Below are positions 37,960 through 50,300 of a DNA stretch of 64,000 bases, in pieces. The position numbers were made by a program, and so were the translations under genes. Below the pieces are notes generated by a model. That model did not search any database. It was not told the origin of the DNA and saw only the letters and a list, made by a program, of their open reading frames with translations. Numbering within the stretch: the first letter of the stretch is position 1; each line of letters starts with the position of its first letter. This DNA is from Dimorphilus gyrociliatus (taxonomy: Eukaryota > Animalia > Annelida). Location: contig CAJFCJ010000046.1 of the NCBI GenBank assembly GCA_904063045.1, positions 79,369-143,368 of the forward strand, in the 5' to 3' direction.

Positions 37960-39330
37960 GTTTGCAATGATTTTACTATATAGAAATTCACTGATTATCT
38001 CTTCATGTTCTTTACCTAGAAAACAAAGGTGATGTCGAGGAGGAAAAGCATTATACAAATATTGCTGTTACTTCTACTTGCTCCGCCCAACATTCAAATG
38101 AATGGACATGCAAAATGGCTCTTAACTACGATTCGAGTCAAGGCCTATTAGCCGATTGGATATACATGTGCACTGAATGTTTAAATGTTGTATATCATTT
38201 GAATTTTTCTCGTGAAATTAAACCAAAACTCATTTGTGCCGCTGGAAGGTAAGATAGAAATTTGAATTGAGTTCAATTCGTATCCCATAAACTCTATTTT
38301 CGTTATTTGCATTCTTTTCAGAGAGTTCGGATCAAATACAATAATTTCGGAAATGAAAGTTGAATGCAGTTCAAGCTTTCTAGAAACTCTTGAATTTCCC
38401 AATTCAAGACTTAGAAAGTGTTTTAATTATTCAGAAGATTCATTGGAAACGGGCCTTAAAATGTGGATTTCAAAATTGTATGATCCTGATGGACAAAATC
38501 TCAGACTTGCTTACCTGCAAGTCTATATTCTGGGTAAAAAGAAAATAGAAAGAAAGATATTGATATTTTAATACCCTTTGTCCTTTTTATAGATAATCCT
38601 CAGAAATATTTTGATATAGAAACAACTGAACAACTTGTCTATCATCTTCCTTCTTCCCTTCAAAATACCATCACCCTATCCCTCAGTTTTGGCGTTAAAA
38701 TCCTTAGCAATGGAGGTAGCAATTGCCATTCTTTAATTATTGGCTTACTAAATGAAACATCAAGATAATTATGAACAATAGAAATATCTTTTTCAAAGAA
38801 AGTGGCGTATTGAATGAGATAAAAAGTGTGAACAATGGGGGAGATTATCTCTTGGTTTGCAATAGTTGGAAAGATTATTGGATTACAATCAATGGTGGAT
38901 ATATTGAATTTGGACAAGGAAGATAGGAATAATCTAAGAATAAATGCTTTGTACATTGCAAACTGCACAGCGCCGTTATTAAAAAACCTACTGGATTTAG
39001 ATGTATCAATGTGTTCAGTTGTCGATAAAAATCCATATACAATCAGTGTAACTAATGGAACTTCCTTCGGAATCGTAAAACATACAATCAGAATAATTTT
39101 GAAACATTCAATCATTGATAAACAATTGATAAATGTCTATTTATTACTAACAAAGGCTGGTAGCAAACAATCAAAACCTTGTTGACCTTCCAGTATTGAT
39201 GAATTGAATAATGATAATTTATGGAGTTATATATTCGATTGCAGTCAAAATGCAGTTTTAATAGAAAGGATAGTAATTACTATTATGACGTCATCAGCCC
39301 CAAATTTACCAGTGCAAGTGTGTGAGGTGT
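37960..39330 (+). CDS. Galactose-binding-like (F5/8-fold) domain gene, related to 15844-17860; 3' end disrupted
   Basis: TNIAVTSTCSAQHSNEWTCKMAL..W; LNFSREIKPKLICAAG (compare VTFSFPAKPNLLCLANG); GT-AG introns. Confidence 0.45.
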
Positions 39331-39332
39331 TC

Positions 39333-39870
39333 TTATAGTTTATGGATTAAAAGAAATGTGAATTTACCATGTATAGAGTATAATATCTTGTTCTCCTTCT
39401 CCTCCCCGTCTTTCTGCTGCTTCGAACTCTTTGCCATTTTGCTGCTTGAAAAATTGCACAAATTGAATTTTAAAGATTGCAGTGTTGGACTTGCTATTTT
39501 CAATTTTGATATAAGCTGGATATCATTCAGTTGATTTTCATCATTTGAAATTTCCAGCAGATTCTCATTTAAACTCATATCCAAATAAGGTAAAGATCTA
39601 CAATACATGAAAATTTTACTTAAATTCTGTCTATGTTCCTTGTAAGACAATTTGCAGAATCTCATAATCAAAAAATGTAGAAAAGGGGCGCAAGACTTAA
39701 ATTCAGGTATTTCAATCTTCTGAAAGCCATAAAGAAATTATGTAAATTTTCCAAAGCCCTATTTTTCAAAACCTGAAAAAGAAGATTTCTAAATTCCTTA
39801 ACATCTTCATTTTTGAATAATGACGATTTCAGTAGGCATAAAATCTGACCAAAACTAGTTTTTAACAATA
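39333..39870 (-). pseudogene. NLR-type LRR fragment
   Basis: LKYLNLSL..; LPYLDMSLNENL..LQSLKFNLCNFS; frameshifted. Confidence 0.7.
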
Positions 39871-41224
39871 TTATTTGATCTATATTTTGTTAGGTCTAGC
39901 AGAAAGGAATTCTACTTGATACAAGTCATAATATTCTCTCTGGCTGAGCTTCAAAGATTGTAAATTTTCAGATTTCTGACTTTCCAATGTTGGGGCAAGC
40001 TTTGATTCAAGTCCAGCCTGGCACAGTGTTAGATTTTGGAGTTGGAAAAATTTCAGTAAGTAAATTACACCTATAGGCCTATTAAATTAAAATTTTGGCT
40101 TTTAATACTTTAAAAATAACTTTTTTTTGTAGCATTTCCCAGAGTCACCCTTTTAAATTAGTGTAGAAAATACCAACCAATATGACATTCAAGGTGTTAC
40201 AACCTCTTGTGAACCATATTTTTTTTCTAACCCTTTCTCCAATATTCACATCATTTTGAAGTGCTACTCTAAAAGATTGATTCGAAAAAATCTGCAATGG
40301 TTTAGTAGCATGTTCTGATAGTCTGGAACATATTACATTCAAACACATTTACCTAACTGCCAAACAGATTAAACTTACCAGTTGAATTGTTGAGTAGTGC
40401 TTGTAAAAATTGTTAATTAACCCTAATTATTATATAATTATACCTCATTTGCATATTTAGTATGGAAAAGTTCTTCATTATCTAAGAACTAGCACTTTGA
40501 AATAATAATTTAATAATATTCAGACTTTAGATTCTATAAAAGTTTTTTTCTTTGTGATTATAAATTTTTTAATGTTTGGATGAATTTTGTTTTTATATTA
40601 AAACAGAATAAATGTCACTGACAAATGAAATTGGATTTTCTTGGAATGTCACCCACTAAAAAAACATTTACTGTTGGATGTTGTCTCTTTCCAGGGTTTT
40701 CTTTAGCTATTTCACAATATTATATTTCTAATTATTGAAATAAAATGTTTCAACAAAGCATGACATTTACTTGAAATATATTCAAAAAACTATACTAATT
40801 AAACATTTAACCACAATATCTCAATTATTCATTGAGGGTTAACCCATTCTATTAAAGAATTATTCAAAGTATTGCTTAGTGTTAATGTGACATTTACATC
40901 ATAGTGCTCTAATTATTTTTAATAACATTAGGTGTGTAAATTTATGTTATATCTTGGTAACAATTTCACACAACTTAAATGGCTTCAGTGATTCTTTTAA
41001 AAAAATTTTCAAATTAATAAATTTTGTTGATGGACAAAAAAACTTGTAATTTTCTTTTTCTTTGCACAATACAGAAATTTTATCATAGGCAAAAAATTCA
41101 GAATTATGTTCTTCAATATTCTCTCCATAAATTTTTAAAATTCTACAAATTTGGTCAAAGTTTCAATTGTCAGATGGAGAATCTTACCAATGAAAGTTAC
41201 ACAAGTAGTAATTTTAGAATCAAC

Positions 41225-41800
41225 TAGTTCCAATTTAATTTTTTTCCACTTTTCCTGATTACACTAAGCAAAATTCTCTTTGAAGGTAGACTGTGAGATT
41301 TTACAGAGAAAGTTCCACTATAATCTACCCAAATGTACTGCTTTATTGCATAACATTCTTCATTTGTATTTGACTCATGTTTACATTTAATGTCAGTAAA
41401 ACATTTGCAAATTCCATCAGAAAACTTGCAGGTCTCAAAATGTTATACCAAAAAACATAGGCATGTGCTGAAGGCATTGAGTAAAGTGACAAGAAAGTTA
41501 TATCTTGTGTGCATGATGAAACAGTTTTTAAAAACTGACTAACCCCTTTTTCAGAAAGATTTTCATGCACAATATCTTTTACATAGGATTGAGAAAAAGC
41601 ATATTGATTCCCATGTATCAAAGTCAGCTCTTCAGCATTGTTGTCAAGATAAGCTCTTCCCAATATACTATTGTAGTTTTCACATGAAATATTGGCAATT
41701 TCTCCTTTAAAAGATGCTTGTATTTTAAAAATTGCAGAATTTCGTTTTGTTTTTATTAAAGCTTCCAAACAAGATGTGTAAATAACATCTGTAGACAAAG
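41225..41800 (-). pseudogene. Fibrinogen/COLFI-like domain exon as in neurexin-IV/Caspr-type proteins
   Basis: YTSCLEA..SAIFKI..ISCE..AYLDNNAEELTLIHG..SQFLKTVSSCTQDI..FWYN..C..YIWVDYSG..HSLP; frameshift near 41395. Confidence 0.6.
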
Positions 41801-41956
41801 GAGAGTGTGAAATGTAGGTAGAAAAGTAAATGTGGCATTCTGAGAGCAGATGAGTGTTGCAGCAGAGACCATGAAATACAGAATGAATACATTCATAATG
41901 ATAATTAATTCTACTAAGCAACCATATACACATTTGGGGAACTATAAAAATGACTT

Positions 41957-42050
41957 TGTAGCATTTTCTTGCATAGGTTTTAAGAAGTACAAGTATAAGT
42001 GGTATGAAATAATAGAGTTCAAGCATGTAAAATATATTCAAAGTTGTACA
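41957..42050 (-). repeat. Inverted, diverged fragment of the Gypsy LTR 5' end
   Basis: Reverse complement reads TGTACAACTTTGAATATATTTTACATGCTTGAACTCTATTATTT..CTTAAAACCTATGCAAGAAAATGCTA, matching 42177-42270. Confidence 0.85.
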
Positions 42051-42176
42051 ACATCTATTGTGGAAATATAATTATTCAATTTAGGGTTAGGGAAAATACA
42101 TAAACTCTTAAGGCCAACTTCAAAAAGACAGTTTAGACCTATAGAGGCTCAACCTATTATACTGAAAATATAATAT

Positions 42177-42775
42177 TGTACAACTTTGGTTATATTTTAC
42201 ATGCTTGAACTCTATTATTTTATGCAACATATACATGTACATCTTAAAACCTACACAAGAAAATGCTATAACATTGGCCAAACATAAGTCTGATTAGTCA
42301 GCTTGAAGGCTCATCTTTAATTACCAATAAAGGTTTGGCCAAGTTATAATTCAATTAACCTTCCTAAATGTTCAACCTTGTAACATCCTCTTACTAAACA
42401 TAAATATGAACTACACATTTCGGCAACTGTAAAGTGATGATTGGATGTCAGAGGCAAACCTCAAAGTATATAAATCCTCACTATTCTCATTTGGCATGCA
42501 GCTTCCATCTGGACCCAAGGACCTGGGAGAATCATCTGGAAACAACCTCCACTGGAACCATCCATCTACTCCTCAACATTGGAAGACAGTTTGGTAATTT
42601 GGCAACCTGCTTTTACAAACTATCTACTCTGCTATTGAACTCTCATATTGTTACTTGCTTAAGTATTATTATTGCGAATAAACTGTTTTAATTTAAACAT
42701 TTGTTTAAAGGTTCGAGTAGAACCAGTATTGTTATAACTTGCAAACCCATAGATTTTGCCAGCATGAGCAGTACA
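42177..42775 (+). repeat. 5' LTR (599 bp)
   Basis: TGTACA...AGTACA; TATA-like GTATATAAAT near 42467; AATAAA near 42676; direct repeat of 50688-51322. Confidence 0.95.
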
Positions 42776-42779
42776 AATT

Positions 42780-42796
42780 TGGTGCAGTCGACAGGA
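42780..42796 (+). promoter_or_regulatory. Primer-binding site, tRNA-Ser-like
   Basis: TGGTGCAGTCGACAGGA, 4 nt after the LTR; resembles the complement of tRNA-Ser 3' ends (TGGCGCAGTCGGTAGGA type). Confidence 0.8.
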
Positions 42797-42835
42797 TATT
42801 CTTTTGGTTTATTCAAGAGTTTTGAGAAAGTAAAT

Positions 42836-43900
42836 ATGGCAGAAGGAGGAAATGGAAATGCCACTGGGGCAGTTACAGACTCTAACCCTTCAACCCCAGC
42901 AACTCCAACAATTACAATTCAGCCAGCAGGAATGTCAGAAAGGCAACAAAGACTAATTGAAGACTATGATAGATTGGTGAGTGAAATGAAAAGAAATCAA
43001 ATCACAATTCCAACAGATCATGGAGATGGAACACATCACCCAGCACAGAACCCAAATGTTGATATCACAACAGTAATTCAAGCATTAAGGGCTGCTTGGG
43101 ACCGCCCTCAAAGAACTATTCTCAAGTTGTATGATGGAAGCAAGGAGTGTTCAAAATTCAAGGAAGACTTTAATCAGGCATGTTATGCTTATGGTTGGAT
43201 AGGTGAAGATGTTGTGAAAGCAAATCTTTTGGATTATTTAACTGGTCCTGCAAAGGATTTGGTGTTGGCTCTGGGTGGAGAGCCTACTGTGGAGGAAATA
43301 TGGAAAGCCCTCCATGACAAATTTGATCTGGATCCTTTGGAGTATCAAGAGAAATTGCTTAATTTAAAGCAAATGAATGGCGAAAGTGTGGTTCAGTTTG
43401 TTAATAGAGCAAAGAAATTGATAAAGAGGTTTTCTCCACCTAGACCAATGGAACCACAATTGCTTGCAACTATGAAAGAAATAAAACTGATGGAAGTTTT
43501 ACAAAGAGGATTACAACAGGATATTCTACATTTAGTGTACACCTTACATCCTAAATGTCAAACATTGGCAGAACTATATGAGGCTGCTAAGCAAGCAGAA
43601 ACTTCATTAAAACTAACTCAAANNNNNNNNNNNNNNNNNNNNNNNNNNNNNNNNNNNGTCCAAAAGTATGCACCAACTACAACAAATAGGTATTATAAGA
43701 AAAATCAACCAGCAAAGACGATACTGAAAGAGGAACCTAAGCTACAAAAATTAGAAACATTAGACAATGAAAGCATGTCAGAAAACGACGAAGTTCAAGA
43801 TATTCTCTGTTTTTCAGATAGTGACGAATCCACTTGTCAGCTGTTACAAAGCAAACAATCTGAGCGAAATGCTTCAACATTTATTGGACAATTTGAAACT
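42836..43900 (+). CDS. gag: Gag (retrotransposon capsid-type), in frame with the protease
   Basis: LKLYDGSKECSKFKEDF..W..LLDYLTGPAK..LKQMNGESVVQFVNR..L..GL; spans the N gap; no zinc knuckle visible. Confidence 0.9.
43623..43657. other. Assembly gap (35 N)
   Basis: Run of N. Confidence 1.
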
Positions 43901-46900
43901 AATACTGGTTTTAAGTTTGATGCCTTGATAGACTCTGGTAGTGGACAGATCTTTCATTTCAAAAAAGGTATTAAGACAAGTTCAAGGAAAAGCATCCTTC
44001 CCAGAACAAACTGTGAAAAATGCTAGAGATGCTTCAGGAAATAGCATCGAGATATGTGGAGAAATCATTCTCAGACTTTATTTTAATGAAAAGATTATTA
44101 AACAACGCTTTCTGATCAACAAATCATTACACAACAATGTATTATTGGGTGTGACTTTCTACAACAAAATGGAGCTACCCTTGACTTTGGCAAGAGACAG
44201 ATTATACTCCAGCCAGGTACAGAAAAGAATTACCCTGTTGGAACACAACACTTATCTTTCAAAGGTTTTTACCCAGTTCCTCTTATTATGAAAAAGAATG
44301 AGAGTCAAATACATACCCTTCAGACAACAATTGAACAAGAAAATCCCGAGATGAAGAACAAAGTTACCCAAATTCTGGCAAGATATAAAGAAACTATTGC
44401 AGAAGACAGATTTGATATTGGCAATCCAGAGGTACCACCTTGGAAATAACTCTTGAACCAGGTTCAACACCATATAGACAAAGGCCATATAGAATGCCTC
44501 CTCAAAAACAAGAAGAATGTAAGCAACAGATAGCTGAATTGGTAAAAAGCAAAGTTATTCAACCAAGCAAGAGCAATTGGGCTTCACCAATTGTTTTCGT
44601 AAGAAAGAAGGAAGGTAGTCTACGAATGTGTGTAGATTATAGAAAACTAAACAAAATGACAGTTAAAAACAAGTATCCACTGCCAAATCAAGATGATCTT
44701 TTTGACCATTTGGGAGGAGGAAATAAATTCTTTCTACAATGGATTTGACAAGTGCATACCACCACATTAACATCAAGAAAGAAGATAGGTCTAAAACAGC
44801 ATTTATTACACCTTTTGGCTTGTTTGAATTTATTAAGATGCCTTTTGGATTAACCAATGCCCCTCCTCATTTTAGTTATGTAATGAATTCATTTGTGCTA
44901 AAGGATGTAAAGCATTTGTGCCTAAACTACCTTGATGACATAATAATATTTACCAAGTCGCTGGACCAACATTGGGAAGCATTGGAGACCATTCTTCAAC
45001 AGATTCAAAAGTACAATTTTAAGATTAAACTAAGTAAATGTGTGTTTTGAAAGAACAAGTTCAATTCTTGGGACACATTGTATCAGAAAAGGGGATTGAA
45101 ACAGATAAGTCCAAGACAGATAAATTATATAATTTACAGCCACCAGTGTTTGCAAATTCACTACTAAGCTTTGTTGCATTTTGTGGCTATTACAGAAAAT
45201 TTATACAAGATTTTGCAAGAGTAGCTAAACCTCTGTATATGTTAATGAAACTACATGGGAAAAAGGATAAATTGCAATGGACTGAGGAAGCCAAGCAATC
45301 ATTTTTCAAGTTGAGAGATGCAGTAGTTAACCCTCCTGTATTACAACTACCTGATTTTGCTAAAGATTTTCACTTAACAACAGATGCATCGAATGTAGCT
45401 GTAGGAGGAGTTCTTGAACAAGTTTATGTAGATGAGAATGGAAGAAAACAATGAAACCCATTGCCTACGCTTCAAAACAATTCAACAATAATCAAATGAA
45501 ATATGCAGCCTATCAAAAGGAAGCATTTGGTGTTTACTGGGTTGTAAAGAAATTTTTACATTACCTTCAAGACAAGCCATTCTTTTTATATACTGACCAT
45601 CAGAGTCTAGTACAAACATTTAAGCAAAACAAATTGAATGTCAGCACAGCAAAATGGGTCATGGCTTTAATGGATTTAAAATTTACAATTAACTATGTGA
45701 CAGGACAAAAAATAGAGCAGATGCATTAACAAGATTAGAAGAATATACACCCCCAAGGAAAGTAACATTTGAAGAGCTAATTCATGGAAAGATCAAAAAG
45801 GAGAATTCTCCCTCTATTTCAGTTAAAATGGAACAGTATGAACATACACCAGAGTTAACTTTTGTAGCTACCAGTGATAACAGTGAAGAGAAAATTGATT
45901 TGTCTTCTGTTGACTTACAGTCAGAGCAAGAAAAAGATGTGAATTTAAAATCAATTAAAGAATATTTAACATTGGATGGTCAGCTACCTATTCCTTATTT
46001 TGGAACTTTTACACCTTTCATAATGGAGATGTTTGTTCACAAGGAAATGATCTGGATTATCCTTGAAGAAAGAAACATTCTGGTTTTACCTGACCATTTG
46101 ATGCTAACTCTGCTCCCTAAATTCCATAAAAATAAAATTCACAATCACCATGGACCCAGAATGACATTACAAATAATTACAAAGACCTTTTGGCACCCAA
46201 AATTAAAGATTATGATTGAGAATTCAATAAAGGATTGCACTTTGTGTGAACAAATGAATGGTAGGAGTAGAGTATACCCTTTGGTAGAAACCTTTCACCC
46301 TGCATCACCAATGGAGTTGGTAGCCATGGATATAATGGGACCCTTACCCATGGTTAAGTCATACAGATTCATACTTGTGATAGTGGATCATTTCAGTAGA
46401 TACACAGTTTTATATGCACTCAAACAGCAAACCAGTAAAGAAATTGCAAACCTTCTTTTCAACAGATTTTTTCCCATTTTTGGAATTCCAAAACAAATGT
46501 TGACAGATCAAGGAAGAAACTTTGTTGGTAAAGCTTTTAAAGAGTTTATGAAGGTATTAGGTATTGAGAAAATCCAAACAACAGCTTATAGAAGCCAGAG
46601 CAATGGACTAGTTGAACGAAGAAATAGAGAAGTGAGGAAGGAAATCAATAAATTAGTGGTGGAAGAAAATCAGCATAACTGGGTTGCAAACCTACCCTTG
46701 ATTCAAGCATTTTTGAATCAATCACCTGTAGGAAGTACAAGACTACCACCCCAGGAACTTCTTTTTGGCACCAGCACAAGAACACTGATTGATGTAACAA
46801 TGCATACTACCTCTCCTGAAACAAATGTACTATTTGTATTCAATCACCAGCAGCAATTAGTACAGTTAAGAGCTACAGCCTTCTGTAAATCCATCATGGC

Positions 46901-47315
46901 AAAAGAACAATATAGGGAAAGAAAGAATAGAAATCTCAATCTTCCAAAATATTTTGAGGTTGATGATGAAGTATTCTTAAGAAATGATGCTGCAAGAATT
47001 GCAATAACAAAAATCCCTTCTTTAAAATGGTTAGGCCCATACCGAATAACAAAAGTCAATCATCAAAAGTGGATATATGAAATACAAATGGATGATAATA
47101 CATGCAAGTTGGTACATGGTAGCAGATTAAGACTAGCCAATGAATCTAATAAGTTGGAAACAGGGAAAGAAGCAACAACAATCTTTCACCTTGTGGAGAA
47201 GGAAATAACACACCTCCAATATCTTTCTCAGGTAGAAGGAAGAAATGACTTCCAATTCCGTTTGAAGAATCAAAAGGCCAAGAAGTCATTGCCTTGTGTG
47301 ACACAGGAGCATTGA
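43900..47315 (+). CDS. pol: Pol: aspartic protease, RT, RNase H, integrase; interrupted by seven single-base indels
   Basis: ALIDSGS (43931); [15 protein letters not shown]; MPFGLTNAP; YLDD (44928-44939); TDASNVAVG; HH-CC zinc finger; [19 protein letters not shown]; C-terminal WLGPY..VHGSRL. Confidence 0.95.
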
Positions 47316-50300
47316 GATCCTTTATTACTGAAAAAGAAATCAAGTTAATGGATGTTACAATTATGGATAAAGAAACAATTGGCTTACCAATTATAACTTC
47401 AGCTGATGGGAAAGCTTTAAAGCAAAAAGGAAGCGTAAAGCTGAATATCCAATTTGCTGGAGAAAGTATGGAACAAGAATTTATAGTTATGGAAAATCTA
47501 GACATAGCAATAATACTTGGTTGTGATTTCCTACAAACTGTGGGAGCAAACCTCAATTTTGAAGCTAAACAGTGTTCTCTCAAATTTGATAGAAGGAAAG
47601 GGAACCTGGCTGAAAGAATAAGGCAACCTCAACTAAACAAAGTCACTATAGCCATGATGGGACAGCATGACTCTTCATCAGAAAGCTCAGATAGTGATGA
47701 CTCAGAGATGGAAGTTACTAATTCTGATACTGGTTATGACACAAGCAATACTTTCAAAACAGACAGTAATTACAGTCTCAATGAACCTTCAAGCTCATCT
47801 GAAAGTGATGACACAGAAACAAATAATGAACTGGATCAAAATACAGATTCAGAGGCAAACATTATCTCTGATAGAGAAGATGAAATACCTAGTTCAGACA
47901 ATGAGTCAATAATTATTGAAAGCGAAATTATTGATATAACCCATTCTGATAATGAGTCAATAATTATTGAAGGTGAAATTATTGACATAACCCATTCAGA
48001 TAATGAGTCCCTCATAGTGGTAGATTCATCCCAAGATGAGAAAGAAAATACAAGTGATACAGACAATGAGTCAGTCATATTTTTAGATGAGACTAAAATC
48101 ATCTCTGAACAATTAGATTCCCAACAAGAAGTGGAACCACAATATATAGAGTTAGAAGATGGAATAACTATCAGAGTGGAACAACAACACAAAATTTTCA
48201 ACCATTCAACTATAGCCAACACAGGAAGAGCTAACATGAAACAGATGTTGTGGCTTCCACTAGTGATGACTGTAATGGTGATCTGTGGCTGCATCCACTC
48301 AATAACAGTCCCAAAACCATCCTACCAAGGTGCACATGTTACAAGTGCAAACATTACCTTAACATTTAAACCACCATTATACTTTTGTTCTAACCAACTA
48401 CCAAGCCAGGCATTTGATCTAGCAGATGAGCCAACTTGTAATATAGAATCACAAGAAACCAAGACAATTACAGCTGATATCTATGAATTGAACTTGGAAG
48501 AAATTGAAACAAGAGCAGTAAAATGTCAAGTGTATCTAAGAACTAATTTTTACACTTACTATTTCTTTGGAGCAAAGAAGAGGAGAATTGTTAACTCAGT
48601 TATCAAAGTAACTCATGATCAATGCAGACAGATGGTAAAAGACAAACGATCTTTTCAAGGAAAACCTTTAATGGTGAAAAGAAACACTTGGATCCACCAA
48701 GATCAGTTTCCTGCTGCCTACACATGGCCAACAACTACCAAGGTGCTGGAATACACCACAATTATCCAGTTTGGCAAAGCATATTGGCAACCTCCTAATA
48801 TGAAAATTACAACTAATCTGGACTACCTGGAAGATTGTTTACCAGGGCAGTCCTATTGTGAGACAGAAGAGGCAATTATTGTCTTTAGAAACCTCAAGAA
48901 TAATTACACACTTGGGCAACAATCACCATGGATAAAAATTAGCAACAGAATTAGTTGTATCAAATTTGCTGGTCACTATTCTTGTCCAGGGTATTCTATT
49001 CTGGACATCCCTTATCAAGATAAGTTCATTGATGGAATTGGTGGTCCTGGAACAAAAGTACTAGTACCACTGGAGGAACAGAGTTTAATACAGGAAACAA
49101 GCAAGGAACACCTATACAATTTGCTACAATATCAGAAGATTGGCAAAAATGAAGAAAAACGACTATTAAACTATCCCAATAAAGTTAAAGAACAAATTAT
49201 ACTATACAAGCGAAACAACCCCTTACCAAGTCTTAACCAATGGTACAGAGAAACAAACACAAAGTATAAACTAATGAGAAATAAAGGCACACTCAAGGAA
49301 GTTGTGATATATCATCTACAACAACCCATTAGTCCATCTTACTGGGAGCTGGATAACTATTATATCCAAGAAATGCTGCAAGCAGTCAATTGGACAAGGG
49401 CAACAAGACAATCTGTTACGATTTCAAAATATGTATACAGTGAGAAAAGAATCAAAAAGAAGGTATTACCAACATTGGGCATATGGTATAAAGGACCACC
49501 AGCCAGAGAATTTAAGATTACCTATGAAGGAATTTATTTTACTCTACACATGAGAATGGCTAAAAAGCAGATGAAGAAGGAAGCAAAACTGAAACATAAG
49601 ATAAGTAAAAACCCATACCACAAATTCCCATTGGAAATGAGAGAAGCTGCCCAAACATCTACCTTACTACATGGTATTGATTCAAATTTTAAGAATTTAA
49701 AAAAGTTTACCCAACAGCTGTCAAGTCTTCTCTGCAATCAATTTGTTCAAAGAAGCAGAATGATGGCATTACTAGCAAATTTGGATCCTCAATTGACCAC
49801 AGTGTTAACAAATGAGTTGGGAATGCACAGTAGTCAGATGGGAGAATTAGCTATAATTAAACAATGTTCACCAATAGCCTCAACAGAAGTAGTTTGTGAC
49901 TTAAGCATGATAAAAAAGAATAACAAATGTTCTCAATTTTTACTTGTCACCATGAACAACCTGCTTTTCCAAGTAGAACCAGTTACTCATGTTTTACAGC
50001 AAGTCAATCCTGAAGAGATTACCTATAATGAGTGTAAGTTTAACAAGTTATTCTACAAAACAACTCACAACCCATTAAATCCTATAAGAAACCAACCAAT
50101 GAAAGACAAAACATATGTGTATTATTCAGAAAGAGGATGCAGATTTCACACTGTGTCTGCAAAATCCATGCAGTTACATATCCACAATCACCTTTCTGAA
50201 CCAAAAATTGAAATTGCCAGATTAGCTGATCTACTCCACCATGGGGTAAAGAAGGATATTGCATACCAGCACTCAAAAATTAAGCAAGTTATCAGTTCAC

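Noticed and set aside
38660-39115. 151-aa minus-strand ORF
   Set aside because: It is antisense to a plus-strand spliced gene and has no recognisable domain.
42434-42691. 85-aa ORF repeated at 50981-51238
   Set aside because: It lies inside the LTRs, so its conservation just reflects LTR identity; there are no coding hallmarks.
43930-45730. Programmed frameshifts within pol
   Set aside because: There are seven breaks inside conserved domains with no slippery heptamers; error or decay explains them better.
47146-48294. Antisense ORFs (47146-47583, 47836-48294) as accessory genes
   Set aside because: They are mirror frames of the protease and the low-complexity linker, with no independent features.
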